Notes under the pieces: generated by a model | Databases searched by the model: none | What the model was told of the DNA's origin: nothing | The model's input: the letters and a program-made list of their open reading frames with translations, nothing else | Assembly (NCBI RefSeq): GCF_035084215.1 | Contig: NC_090340.1 | Span: forward strand, 3,906,001 to 3,970,000 | Reading direction: 5' to 3' | DNA length: 64,000 bases | Source of the DNA: Heptranchias perlo | Taxonomy: Eukaryota | Shown here: piece after piece, positions 47,656 through 61,400 of the stretch | Layout of the letters: each line of letters opens with the position of its first letter | Numbering within the stretch: the first letter of the stretch is position 1 | Translations under genes and position numbers: made by a program

Positions 47656-49704
47656 AGGTACGGTACCATAGTGGTTATGTTACTGGATTAGTAATCCGGA
47701 GGCATGGACGACGATTCAGAGTCATGAGTCCAAATCCTGCCACGGCAGGAGCAGCACCAGGCGTACCTAAAAATGAGGTGCCAATCTGGTGAAGCGACAA
47801 CTCAGGACTACATGCATGTTAAAAATGGTATAAACAGAGCTAAGCGATTCCACAACCAACGAAACAGATCAAAGCTCTGCAGTCCTGCCACGTCCAGTTG
47901 TGAATGGTGGTGGACAATTAAACAACGTAACAGGAGGAGGAGGCTGCGTAAACATCCCCATCCTCAATGATGGCGGAGTCCAGCACGTGTGTGCAAAAGA
48001 CAAGGCTGAAGTGTTTGCAACTATCTTCAGCCAGAAGTGCCGAAGGATGATCCATCTCGGCCTCCTCCCGATATCCCCACCATCACAGAAGCCAGTCCTC
48101 AGCCAATTCGATTCACTCCACGTGATATCAAGAAACGGCTGAGTGCACTGGATACAGCAAAGGTTATGGGCCCCGACAACACCCCAGCTGTAGTGCTGAA
48201 GATTTGTGATCCAGAACTAACTGCGCCTCTAGCCAAGCTGTTCCAGTATAGCTACAAAACTGACATCCACCCGAAAATGTGGAGAATTGCCCAGGTATGT
48301 CCTGTCCACAAAAAGCAGGACAAATCCAATCCGGCCAATTGCCGCACAATCAGTCTACTCTCAATCAATCAGAAAAGCGATGGAAGGTGTCGTCGACAGT
48401 GCTATCAAGCGGCACTTACTCAGCAACAACCTGCTCACCGATGCTCAGTTTGGATTCCACCACGACCACTCGGCTCCAGACCTCATTACAGCCTTGGTCC
48501 AAACATGGACCAAAGAGCTGAATTCCGGAGGTGAGCTGAGAGTGACTGCCTTTGACATCAAGGCAACATTCGACCGAGTGTGCCACCAAGGAGACCTAGT
48601 AAAATTGAATTCAATGTGAATCAGGGGGAAAACGCTCCAGTGGCTAGAGTCATACCTAGCGCAAAGGAAGATGGTAGTGGTTATTGGAGGCCAATCATCT
48701 CAGCCCCAGGACATTGCTGCAGGGGTTCCTCAAGGCAGTGTCCGAGGCTCAACCATCTTCAGCTGCTTCATCAATGACCTTCCCTCCATCATAAGGTCAG
48801 AAATGGGGATGTTCGCTGATGATTGCACAGTGTTCAGTTCCGTTTGCAACCCCTCAAATAATGAAGCAGTCGGAGCCCGCACGCAGCAAGACCTGGACAA
48901 CATCCAGGCTTCGGCTCATAAGTGGCAAGTAACATTCGCGCCAGATAAGTGACAGGCAATGATCATCTCCAACAATGCAGAGACTCACCACCTCCCCTTG
49001 ACATTAAACTGCATTACCATCGCCGAATCCCCCACCATTAACATCCTGGGAGTTACCATTGACCAGAAACCTAACTGGACCAGCCATATAAATACAGTGG
49101 CTACGAGAGCAGGTCAGAGGCTGGGTATTCTGCGGCGAGTGACTCATCTCCTGACTCCCCAAAGTCTTTCCACCATCTACAAGGCACAAGTCAGGAGTGT
49201 GCTGGAACACTCTCCACTTGCTTGGATGAGTGCAGCTAAAACAACACTCAAGAAGCTCGACACCATCCAAGATAAAGCAGCCCGATTGAATGGCACTCCA
49301 TCCACCACACCACCCTAAACATTCACTCACTTCATCACCGGTGCACTGTACCATCCACAGGATGCACTGTAGCAACTCGCCAAGGCTTCTTCGACAGCAC
49401 CTCCCAAACCCGCGACCTCTACCACCTAGAAGGACAAGAGCAGCAGGCACATGGGAACAACACCACCTGCACTTTCCCCTCCAAGTTACACACCATCCCG
49501 ACTTTGAAATATTCCTTCATCATCACTGGGTCAAAATCCTGGAACTCTCTTCCGAACAGAACTGTGGGAGAACCGTCACCATACAGACTGCAGCGGTTCA
49601 AGAAGGCGGCTCACCACCACCTTCTCAAGGGCAATTAGGGATGGGCAATAAATGCAGGCCTCGCCAGCGACGCCCACATCCCATGAATGATTTTTTTTTA
49701 AAAA
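47656..49704 (+). mobile_element. Family B LINE (5'-truncated) with a tRNA-like SINE head at its 5' end
   Basis: RT ORFs 48037-49724; absent from the paralogous site near 63600. Confidence 0.9.
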
Positions 49705-50734
49705 TAGAGTATAAAGATGTTTAGCCGGGACAAACCGATAGAAACAAAGAGCACCATAATGTCCTTTCCCATTGTCAGCCCTCATCTACAATATTGTGTC
49801 CAGTTCTGTTTCCCTCATATGGTGAGAGTTATTGGGGCATTGGGGAAAAAGTTCAGCGCAGAGCCACTATATTCATACTATTTTAAAAACCCTTAGTTAT
49901 CACGATAGGTTCAAGGATTTGGGTATTTGTACTCTCGAAAAGCGTAGACTTTGGGATACTTAATTGAACGATGAAGGGACTAGTCTGTGCACACGTGGAT
50001 AGATCACTTGAATTAAATTATTACCGAAAACGAGGGCTCATGGGTACATGTCATTTAAGCACAGAACACGGTTTGATATCTGGAGGATAGTCTTCTTCCA
50101 GAAGGTAACTGAACTTTGGATTAAATCGAAGTCTCGTGCAGTGAGTGCGGATTCTCTGCAAAGTTACAAAAGGAGCTCGACGAGTTCCTGAGGGAGGCTG
50201 ATATCGTGGTGTACAAAGGATAGGTGTGATGTTGCAAGACGCACCTCAAGGTCAATGTTATTTACTGGAACTCGTTTCTCATCACCTTCGGGTCGGAGAG
50301 AAAGCACCTATAATTCTGTGGGGGATTTTGCCTCTCCCTGGAGACCAAACGGCACAAACAATCACGGGGAGAGAGACAGACAGACACATCCGTACATAAA
50401 GACACGGCCCCCTCCACACCCACACCCTCCCCCCACAACACACACACACAAATATTTACATACACATGTGAACAAAACTACATAATCATTAATTAAATGC
50501 GATTATTAATCCGAATTAAATGATGATATTATCAGACATGGAAAGTCCCTGTGTGCTTTGCATTCCGCTGTACTTTGGCCGCTTGATGCTGAGATACGAT
50601 GGAGGCGCATTAGTATTTCGGTAAGAGACGATAGCTGTGATATGTCGGTGCTGCATGATATCTGACGTTGATTAAATATTTCGCAATATCTCGCCTATAA
50701 AATGCTGAAATTCCACTTTCTGTGTCCCTTTCAG

Positions 50735-50848
50735 CTGACGGGAACAGTACATCCCTCTACCCCCTGGTGTCGGGGTGTGCAGCAGGCGGGTTAATAATTC
50801 TAGTGCTGGTAATTCTCGTCAAGCGATGCAATTTAGTCAGAACTGAAG
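50735..50848 (+). pseudogene. Gene 2 TM exon (ADGNSTSLYPLVSGCAAGGLIILVLVILVKRCNLVRTE), uncharged TM
   Basis: Intact ccctttcag| and AAG|GTAAGA sites, phase 1/1, open frame. Confidence 0.85.
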
Positions 50849-52930
50849 GTAAGACCTGACACGATCCTGATTCAGAATTAAGTTTGTTAGTTACATTTCA
50901 GCATGGCGGCAGCGAGGGCGAGGGGACGGAGTATGCGGCGTCAACTGGGATCTAGATTTTGGGAGCGGTGTCCGTCACACGAAGTGAGTTTATATTCCTG
51001 GGGTCGAATTTTGTTGCGAGGGCAAAACTTAAACCCAAGAGATCCCTCAGAATAATTGCAGCAGGTCTGAACATTAAAGCCACCTGTAATTTCGGTTAGT
51101 GTTTTTACAGCAACTGAAGGTGTTGAACTTCCCCTACATCGCCCCGGGACTCTGAGACTGAACCATGCATCGGAAAGGGGTCAAAGAATCATAGAATCAT
51201 AGAATCATAAAAAGGTTGCAGCACGGAAGGAGGTCATTCGGCCCATTGAGTCCGCGCCGGCTCTATGCAAGATCAATCCCGCTTGTCCGACTCCCCCGCC
51301 CTATTCCAACGACTTGTTTTCAAGTAATCATCCAGTTCCCTTTCGAAGGCCATGATTGAATCTGCCTCCACCACCCGCTCGGGCAATGCATTCCAGATAG
51401 GAACATCGGAACATAGGAACAGGAGTAGGCCATTCAGCCCCTCATGCCTGCTCCGCCATTTGATAAGATCATGGCTGATCTGTGATCGAGCTCCCTACCT
51501 GCCTTTGGCCCGTATCCCTTAATATCTTTGGTTGCCAAAAAGCTATCTATCTCACATTTAAATTTATCAATTGAGCTAGTATCAATTGCCATTTGCGGAA
51601 GAGAGTTCCAAACTTCGACCACCCTTTGTGTGTAGAAATGTTTTCTAATCTCACTCCTGAAAGGTTTGGCTCTCATTTTTAGACTGTGCCCCCGACTCCT
51701 CGAATCCCCAACCAGCGGAAATAGTTTCTCTCTATCTACCCTATCCGTTCCCCATAATATCTTATAAACTTCGATCAGATCACCCCATAACGTTCTAAAC
51801 TCTAGAGAATACAACCCCAATTTGTGTAATCTCTCCTCGTAACTTAATCATTGAAGTCTGGGTATCATTCTAGTAAACGTACGCTGCACTCCCTCCAAGG
51901 TCAATATGTCCTTCCATAGTTGCAGTGCACAGGTGCGGTCTAACCAGGGTTTTTTTTATAGCTGTAGCATAACTTCTGCCCCTTGTACTCCAGTCCTCTG
52001 GATATAAAGGCCAGCAATCGCTTAGCCTTCTTGATTATTTTCTGCACCTGTTCATGAAACTTCAATGATCGATGTACCTGAACCCCTAAGTCCCTTTGGA
52101 CATCCACTGTTTTTTTTTTAAGTTTTTACCATTTAGAAAGTCCCCTGTTCTATCCTTTTTTGATCCAAAGTGGATGACCTCACATTTGTCCACATTGAAT
52201 TCCATTTGCCACAGCTTTGCCCATTCACCTAATCTATCAATATCGCTTTGTAATTTTATGTTTCCATCTACACTGCTTACAATGCCACCAATCTTTGTGT
52301 CATCGGCAAACTTAGATGTGAGACGTTCTATGCCTTCATCTAAGCCGTTAATAAATATTGTGAATAATTGAGGCCCCAAGACAGATCCCTGCGGGACTCC
52401 ACTGGTCACATCCTGCCAATGTGAATACTCACCCAGTATTCCAACTCTCTATCGGCTCAGCCAAATTCCTAACCATGTCCATACTTTTCCCTCGATTCCA
52501 TGGGCTTCTAACTTAGCTAACAGTCTCTTATGTGGGACCTTATCAAAAGCCTTCTGGAATTCCAGACAAACAACATACATTGACATTGCCCTGTCCACTA
52601 CTTTAACCACCTCTTCAAAAAATTCAATCAGGTTTGTCAGGCACGACCTACCTTTCACAAATCCATGCTGGCTCACCCTCATTAACTGAAAATTCTCGAG
52701 GTGTTCAGTCACCCTATCCTTAATTGTAGACTCCAGCAATTTCCCCACTATAGATGTTAGGCTAACTGGTCTATAATTCACCTGTTTCCCTCTCTCTCCT
52801 TTCTTAAAAAGCGGAGTGACATGTGCAATTTTCCAATCTAGAGGGACAGTTCCTGAATCTAATGAACTTTGAAAGATTATGTAAGGAATCGTACAACACG
52901 AGGTTATAGTCCAACAATTTTATTTTAAAA

Positions 52931-52967
52931 TCACAAGCTTTCGGAGATTATCCCCTTCGTCAGGTGA
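52931..52967 (-). ncRNA. Minimal hammerhead ribozyme motif
   Basis: TCAC-CTGACGA-A-GGGGA(TAA)TCTCC-GAAA-GC-TT-GTGA on the minus strand. Confidence 0.72.
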
Positions 52968-53292
52968 ATGAGTGGAATGTTCTCAAATCGCATATCTTAT
53001 ATTAGGCTGGGACAGAATCACAGCAATCAAAAGGTGTCGTTGTTGTTCAAACAGGCCAGTCACGGAGAACAGTACATCCCAGTACACTGAATATACATTG
53101 TGTCAATAACACAGACAGAGAGAAAGAGACCATCTTTCTCTCGGTCTGTGTAATTGACACAATGTATATTCAGTGTACTGGGACGTACTGTTCTCCGTGA
53201 CTGGCCTGTTTGAACAACAACGACACCTTTTGATTGGTGTGATGCTGTCCCAGCCTAAAATAAGATATGCGATTTGAGAACCTTCCACTCAT

Positions 53293-53329
53293 TCACCTGA
53301 CGAAGGGGATCATCTCCGAAAGCTTGTGA
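53293..53329 (+). ncRNA. Minimal hammerhead ribozyme motif
   Basis: TCAC-CTGACGA-A-GGGGA(TCA)TCTCC-GAAA-GC-TT-GTGA. Confidence 0.72.
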
Positions 53330-56300
53330 TTTTAAAATAACATTGTTCGACTATAACCTCGTGTTGTAAGATTCCTTACATTTGTCCACCCCAGTCCATC
53401 ACCGGCATCTCCACATCTTGAAAGATTATGGTTAGAGCATCTGCAATCTGCTCACCCACTTCCTTTAAACCCTGGGATGGAAACCTTCTGGTCCTGTGGA
53501 TTTGCCACTCTTTAGTGCTATTATTTTCTTCATTAATGTTGCTTTACTTATGTTAATTTTATCGAGTCCCTGTCCCCGATTCAATATTATTTTTCTTGGG
53601 ATTTCCGGCATGCTATCTCTTTTTCTACTGTAAATACTGACGCAAAGTAATTGTTCAACATGTCCGCCATTTCCCCATTGCCAATGACAATATCCCCACT
53701 TTCAGTTTTTAAGGGGCCAACAATGCTCCTGACCACCCTCTTTTTCCTAATATAACTATAAAAGTTGTTCGTATTGGTTTTGATATCCCTTGCAAGTTTC
53801 TTTTCATACTCTCTTTTTGTAGCTCTTACTATCTGTTTTGTGACCCTTTGTTGATTTTTGTTTGTTTCCCATCCGCCAGGATCTGTGCCATTTTTTGCCT
53901 TTTTGTATGCCCTTTCCTTATGTTTTATACTGTCCCTTACCTCTTCAGTTGTCCATGGCTGGTTTTTTTTGGCAAGTAGAGTTCTTGCCCCTCAGAGGTA
54001 TAAACCGGTTCTGTATCTCGTTAAATGTTTCTTTAAACGTTTCCCACTGATCATCAGTCGTTTTACCCATTAACAGATTTGCCCAGTTTACTGTGGACAG
54101 ACTCTGTCTCATCCCATTGAAGTCGGCCTTACCCAAGCCTGGAATCTTAGCAGCTGATTCACTTGTTTCCCTTTCAAACACTTCATTGAACTCGATCGTG
54201 TTATGATCGCTATTGGATAGATGTTCACGCACATTTAAGCTGTTCACTAAATCTGGTTCATTACTCATTGCTAAATCTAGTATGGCTTGCCCCATTGTTG
54301 CCTCTAGGACATACTGCTGTAGAAAACTATCCCGAACACACTCAAGAAATTCACTACCTTTCTGACAGTTGCTCGTCTGCTTTCCCCAATCTATGTGAAG
54401 GTTAAAGTCCCCCATTAAGACCACTATGCTTTTGTAACACGCTTGTCTAATCTCTGCATTTATACAATCTAGCACTTCAGAGCTGCTGCCAGGGGTCCTA
54501 TACACAACTTCCACTAAAGTCTTAGATCCTTTTCTATTTCTCAATTCAACCCATAAGGTCTCTGTTGGCTGCTTACTTCTCGTTATATCCTCCTTGAACA
54601 TTGAATTTATTTCATCTCTAATCACTAAGGCTACTCCTCCCCCTCTTCCATTTTCCCTATCTGTTCTGTAGACCTTATAACCCGGTATAATTACTTCCCA
54701 ATCCTGACCATCCTGCAGCCATGTCTCAGTAATAGCTATCATGTCATACCCTCCAATTTGAATTTGAACCTTTTCTGCACACTCTCAAAGGCCTTCAAAT
54801 ATTTCCTAAAGTGCGGTGCCCAGAACTGGACACAATACTCCAGTTGTGTCCAAATGAATGTTTTATAAAGGTTCATCATGACTTCCATACTTGTGTAAAC
54901 TATGTCTTTATTTATAAAGCCCGGGATCCCATATGCTTTTTTAACCGCTTTCTCCACCTGCCCTGCTACCTTCAACGATTTCTGCACGTAAACCCCCGAA
55001 TCTCTCTGTTCCTGTACCCATTTTAGAATTGTGCTCTATAGTTTATATTGCCTCTCCTCGTTCATCCGACCAAAATGTACCACTCAGCATTTTTCTGCAT
55101 TAAATTTCATCTGTCACTTGTCTGCCAATGCTACCAGCCTGTCTATATCCACTTGAAGTCTATCACTATCCTCCTCACTGTTTACTAGACTTCAAAGTTT
55201 TGTGTCATCTGCAAATTTTGAAATTGTGCCCTGTACACCCAAGTGCAAGTCATTAATACATATCAAGAAAAGCAGTGGTCCTAGCACAGACCCGTGGGGA
55301 ACACCATTGTATACCTCCCTCCAGTCCAAAAAACAACCGTTCACCACTACTCTGTGTTTCCTGTTAATTAGCCAATTCTGTATCGATGTTGCTACTGCCC
55401 CCTTTATTACATGGACCGCAATCTTGATGAAAAGTCTAACATGCGGCACTTTATCAAAAGCCTTTTGAAAATCCACATACACCACATCAACCGCATTGCC
55501 CTCATCAACCCTCTCTGCTACCTCATCAAGAAACTCTATCAGATAAGTAAAACACGATTTGCCTTTAATAGTTCCCTGCTGGCTTTCCCTAATCAAGCCA
55601 CACTCGCCCTAGTGACTGTTACTTCTGTCCCGGATTCTCATTTCTAAATGTTTCCCCACCACTGAGGTTTAACTGACTGGCTTATGGTTGCTGGGTTTAC
55701 CTTTACACCCTTTTTTGGAACAAGGATAAAATTTGCAATTCTCCAGTCATCTAGCACCACCCCCGTACCTATGGATGTTTGGAAGATTATGGCCAGTACC
55801 TCCGAAAATTTGCACCCTTACTTCCCTCAGCAACCTACGATGCATCCCATACAGACCAGGTGACTTTGTACAGCTGGCCTTTCTAGTACCTCTTCTTTAT
55901 CAATTTTTAGCCAGTCCAGTATCTCAACTATATCTTCCTTTGCTGAGACTCTGGCAGCATCTTCTTCCTTGGTAAGGACAGATGCAAAGTACTCATTTAG
56001 CATTTCGGCTTATGCCTCCATGTGACATCTCCTTTATGGTCCCGAATTGTCCACTTCCCTACTCCTACGGCCCGTTTACTGTTTACATGCCTGCAGAAGA
56101 CTTTTGGTTTCCCTTTTATGTTGGCCGCCAGTCTATTCCCATACTCTCTCTTTGCCCCTCTTATTTCCTTTTTCACTTCGCATTTGAAATTTCTATATTC
56201 GTCTGGTTCTCACTTGCGTTGTCAACTTGACATCCGTCACACGCCCCTTTCTTTCGATTTCATTCACTGTCTATCTCCTTTTTCATCCAGGGCGCTCCAG

Positions 56301-58238
56301 CTCCAGTTGCTCTAATTTTATGCCTCGTGGGAATGTGCCTCGACTGTACCTGAACCATCTCATCTTTAAAGGCCGCCCACTGTTCAATTACAGTTTTGAC
56401 TGCCAATCTATGATTCCAATTTTCCCGGGCCAGATCTGTTCTCATCCCATTGAAATTGGCTCTCTTCCAATTGAGTGTTTTTACTTTTGAGTGGTCCATG
56501 TCCTTTTCCACAGCTATTCTAAACCTTTTTGATACAATCGCTGCTCTCTAAATGCTCCCGCAGTGACACTTGTTCCACTTGGACGGCCTCATTCCCTAGA
56601 ACCAAGTCCAGCAATGACTCCTTCCTTGTTGGTACTGAAACGTAATGGTCAAGAAAGTTATCCTGAACACTTTTCAAATATTCTTGCCGCTTATAATATT
56701 ATTGTTATCTCAGTCTAGTTTAGGATAGCTAGTTATCACTACTTAATAGCTTTTGCAACTCTTTGTGATTTCACTGCAAATTTGCTGCTCTATATCCTTC
56801 CTACAAGTTGGCGGCCGACAGAAAACACCCAGTAATGTAATGGCACCTCTTTTATTTCTTAACTCTCACCAAATAGATTCTGTCCTTAACCCATCCTGGA
56901 CATCCTCTCTCTCCAGTACTGCAATATTCTCCTTAATCAATACGGGCACCCCGACCCTCCTTTCTTTCCTTCCCTATCTATTCTGAACACCTTGCATCCA
57001 GGAATATTTAGGCCCCAATCCTGGCCTTTTTTGAGACATCGTATTCCCATGTGGCTCTTTGCGTCTGCAGCTCACCAACCTTGTTCGCCATGCTTCGTGC
57101 CTTTACACACATGTACTGCAAACCAGTCTTAGACTTTAGAAACACAGAAACACAGAAAATAGGAGCAGGAGTGGGCCATTCGTCCCTTCGAGCCTGCTCC
57201 GCCATTCAATGTGATCATGGCTGATCCTCTATCTCAATACCATATTCCAGCTCTCTCCCCATACCGCTCGATGGCTTCTGTGTCTAGAAATCTATCTAGC
57301 TCCTTCTTAAATATATTCAGTGACTTGGCCTCCACAGCCTTCTGTGGTAGAGAATTTCTCAGTATCACCATGCTCTGAGTGAAGAAATTTCTCCTCATCT
57401 CAGTCCTAAATGCCCTACCCTGTATCCTGAGTCTGTGACACTCGTTGTTGACCGTCCAGCCAAGAGAAACATCCTCCCTGCATCCAGTCTGTCTAGTCCT
57501 TTCAGAACTGTATACGTTTCAATGAGGTCCCCTCTCATTCTTCTAAACTGCAGTAAACTCAGGCCTAGTCGACCCAATCTCTGCTCATACGACAGTCCTG
57601 CCATCCCACGAATCAGTCTGGTGAACCTTCGTTGAACCCCCCTTTATGGCAAGTATATCCTTTCTTAGGTAAGGAGAGAAAAACTGCACACAATGCTCCA
57701 AGTGTGGTCTCACCAAGGACCTGCATAACTGCAGTAAGACATCCTTGCTCCTGTACTCAAATCCTCTTGCAATGAAGGCCAAAATACGATTTGCCTTCCG
57801 AACTGCTTGCTGCACCTGCTTGTTTGATTTAAGTGACTGGTGTACAAGGTCACCCAGGTCCCTTTGTACAAAAAAATTCCCAATCTATCACCATTTAAAT
57901 AATGCTCTGCCTTTCGATTTTTCCTTCCAAAGTGGATAACTTCACATTTATCCACATTATACTGCATCTGCCATGTATTTGCCCACTCACTCAGCTTGTC
58001 TAAATCGCCATGAAGCCTCTTTGCATCCTCCTCACAACTCACAATCCCACGTTTCTTGTACTCTCTCTTTGTCTGATCTCTTGTCAAACACAGACCAATC
58101 TCACCGCAGCTTCACGTACATCGCTGCAAAAATGTGACCAACTTTGCGATTAGTCAAGAGCTGTCACAATTCGGAATCGTACACGTGATGCAAATCTCTT
58201 GACCACCAATGAGATTTGGGTGGTTGTAATTTCAGCTC

Positions 58239-58256
58239 TGACGTAAAAGTGAAACC
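58239..58256 (+). promoter_or_regulatory. Overlapping CRE-like (TGACGTAA) and IRF-E (AAAAGTGAAACC) upstream of gene 3
   Basis: Motifs lie about 150 bp before the ATG; CCAAT at 58206-58210. Confidence 0.45.
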
Positions 58257-58400
58257 AGTGCATTGAATTGCCGCTTCAGATATCTTATGGAGCGTCTCAT
58301 TGCAACACACTCACCGCCAGATTATCTTCTGATCTCTGAGTCCCACGCACCCTTCAGTGTTACCAGAAACGAGTGATGAAGTTCATCGCCGTTGCTCAGA

Positions 58401-58455
58401 ATGTCTGCGCTTGATATGCTGCTGTACCTCGCAGCCCTGGCCATTATTTACACAG
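58401..58455 (+). CDS. Gene 3 exon 1, signal peptide MSALDMLLYLAALAIIYT
   Basis: Hydrophobic leader, CAG|GT donor. Confidence 0.75.
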
Positions 58456-61400
58456 GTTTTTGTATACGTGCCTTTTAAATATTAAAGTGTGAATAATAAG
58501 TCCATTAGCAGTATGGAGGCAGCTTCTCTTAAATGTTTATTGCAGTTTACTCATTTCCTTTCGTTCTAATTCTGCCGCATTATTTCTTCCCTTTTAATCC
58601 TCACGATCACTATTCCCGACTGTAACCTGTGCTTGTGTTTATTTCTGACAGTTATTAATGGGACCGCTCTCACAGTGACTCAGTTCCCCGCCCGCGTGAC
58701 TGCGGTGAAAGGTACAAATGTCTCCATTTATTGCTTTTTCGCGCTTTTGGATCGCAACGCATTGGTGGATGTTTACTGGCGGAGAGCCGGCCAGGACGGG
58801 ATTTTGGATTCGAGTGCAGACAAAAGGAAAACATTTACACCATTGAAGAAAGAATCTTCCGAGTTTCACCTGCTGAATGTAGGTTTCCAGGAATCTGGAG
58901 TCTATTATTGCAGCATCAGAGATTGGAGAGGAAAGATTTCCAACGGGAATGGGACTGACATTATTGTGTATGGTGAGTATCGCTAACGGAACTTCGTAAA
59001 ATTCTATGGGTATAGATTGGAGAATATTTAACAAAGATCAGAAATGTATTTTCTGACAGGACTTTTGATGTTTCTCTCAGTTCGGTGCGGTGCGGCTCCT
59101 TTCCACCTATTTGCAGTGAATCCTGTGAGTTTACACAGAGCAGCACCGATTACCCTGCACGGGGCAGTGGAATTCAGATTATCTGACTTCAGTCAATCGT
59201 TGTTCTCTTATCCCGTATAATTTATATAAATCTGTTTTACCTTTTTTTCATTAATTCTCTGGAAGTGGACATCGCTGGCACCGTCGGCATTTATTGTCCA
59301 TTCCTAGTTACCAAGATGGCGGTGGGTCTGCTCCTTGAACCACTGCAGTCCATGTAGTGAAGGTGCTCCCACAGTGCTGTTAGGTAGGGAGTTACAGGAT
59401 TTTGACTCAGCGATGATAAAGCAAGGAAAATATATGTCCATGTGAGCATGATGTGTGACTTGGAGGGGGGGATCTTGGAGGTGATGGCGTTCCCATGCAC
59501 CTGCTGCCCTTGTCCTTCTTGGTGGCGGAGGCTTCGGGTTTGAGAGCTGCTGTCGAAGCAGCCTTGGCGAGTTGCTTCCGTGCATACTGTAGATGGTGCG
59601 CCGGTGGTGGACGGTATATAAGGTGGTGAAATAAGTGCCGATCAAGCAGACTGTTTTTGTTCAGGATATTGTTGAGCTTCTTGACTGTTGTAGCTGCGCC
59701 ATCCAGGCAAGTGGAGAATATTCCATCAAACTTCTGACTTGTCGGTGGCGGTGCCGCTTTGGGAAGTTAGGAGGTGAGTTACTCGCCGAGGCAGACCCAG
59801 CGTCTGACCTGTTCGAGGAGCCGAAGCATTTATGTGGCCATTTATATCACATATTTGCAAATCGATAGTGTTGAATGAGATTGTTTGTGTTTACTTTTAT
59901 ACCTATATCGAATAAGAAAAATGTGTCTTCGATTCTGAACAGAATCCTGCTTGGAATCACTTTCTTCAATCCTCTAATCATCGAGGGACCGCTCCCGACC
60001 CACTTTTTACCGCACTCCAAAGACCAACAGTAACTCTCCCCGAGTGCTTGCCAATTCAAACGTGGGACACAACAGTGAGATTGTCAATATCTATCGCCAA
60101 ATAGATACAAGTACTAACACACAGACATATAAAAAGGACAGGGGGTGGGGGGTGTAGAGGAGAACACGACAAGGCGAGGAGCGAGCAAAGAAAAATCAAC
60201 TGGACAGAGAGGATTGACAGGCTAAACACTGAACAACATTTTACTGCATAAAACAATATATTTTATTTACACTTTGGATTCATTGTGCTTGCTAATAGAT
60301 TTGATTTACAGAGATAGATAAATTAGCTCTGATAGATTTGTTATCGATTGATAGATTTGTTTATATGGGAAATAGATTTTAGATGTTGACAGGTGGGAAT
60401 GGGTTTTTCAAGCATTGGATAAGGAACATTTACATGAAACAGAACTATGTGCCGCGAGGCCTGTGAGTGGATCATTTGCTGTTCAAGCTCATTCTGTGTC
60501 TCCAGCAAGATCTCGGCGGTGAAGCCAAAGTATCTCCCATGGATCCCGGTGCCAGAGTGGTAATCGTGATTCAAAAAAGGGATGGAGCAAATGGTTTGGA
60601 AGACACATTAGTGACACAAGATCATCGAAGGAAAAGAAGTTAACAAGGATCTGTAATCATCACCTGCAGGTCACGTGGAGATAACTTTCTCACTGGGGAG
60701 TGATGACATTTAGTGGATCTACCAATTGTTGCGATGCAGTTTGGGATGCAGACGAAGGTACTTTTATGACCGGAATGGGATCACTGTCATATACCTCGAA
60801 AAAAATATGGATTAATTACATTTTGAACTCGGGGCTGAAATATTCCTGATCACTCAGTTGGTGACTGATGAGTTTACTGTTCTCACCGAGCGACAGGTTA
60901 GTTGAGGGAGGGGCCGAGCTGTGGGCATCTGAAAGGAGTTGAGATCCTGAAAATCAAATACCGGCTTGTAAAATGGGATTTTAATCGATCTAAATGCAAA
61001 AGTCGAGTGTTGAATAGGATGGAGATAAAGTTAATACGAACATTGAATAATTACTCCCGCAATTCTAATATCAAACTTTAACCTCGTCAGTCTGAAGTTC
61101 GAACAAACAGCATGAGGTTCAGGATTATTCTCAAATGAGGAATTGTTGATAAACCGAACAAGATAAAGTGACATGGAAAGAGAGAAGACAAGGAGCGAGT
61201 GTGTGGGAGCGTTGGGAGGGAGTGAAAAATACAGAAGGATTGGACCTTGATCATTTTTTAAATATGATCGATTGGCCCATGGATGATGCAGATAGATAAT
61301 GGGGTTTAGGATGGAACGGAATTCCACATTTGCCTATTTAAAAGCCATTGTCTCGGCCACAGGAGGAGCAGTGCGCGAAATTTTGATGTGAATGAGAGGG

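Larger units (their letters stand above)
42375..50103 (+). repeat. Segmental duplication unit, paralogous to 58207-64000
   Basis: Colinear similarity through promoter, exons and introns, interrupted only by the insertion at 47656-49704. Confidence 0.93.
42607..50848 (+). pseudogene. Gene 2: pseudogene of V(J)-C1-TM receptor; exon remnants 42607-42661, 42862-43062, 46682-46947, 50735-50848
   Basis: Relative to gene 3: leader donor GT>CT; 117-nt V deletion removing the first Cys and the Trp; V donor GT>AT; +1 C frameshift and deletions in C1. No ITIM exons before gene 3. Confidence 0.9.
52882..53417. mobile_element. Penelope-like inverted pLTR pair (palindrome) with 3' extension, inserted in CR1, 13-bp TSD
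   Basis: Arms 52879-53127 and 53133-53381 around a 5-nt loop; TTGAAAGATTATG at 52869-52881 and 53418-53430. Confidence 0.88.
51186..58052 (-). mobile_element. Stack of at least four CR1 fragments (about 51186-51400, 51400-54745, 54760-57135, 57140-58052)
   Basis: Multiple minus-strand ORF2 pieces (AITETW, NYRPVSLTS, KFADD) and 3' tails. Confidence 0.88.

Noticed and set aside
10466-58972. Rearranging TCR or Ig light-chain V segments
   Set aside because: The V exons include the G strand and end in splice donors. No heptamer-spacer-nonamer RSS was seen next to them, and gene 1 has an ITIM tail.
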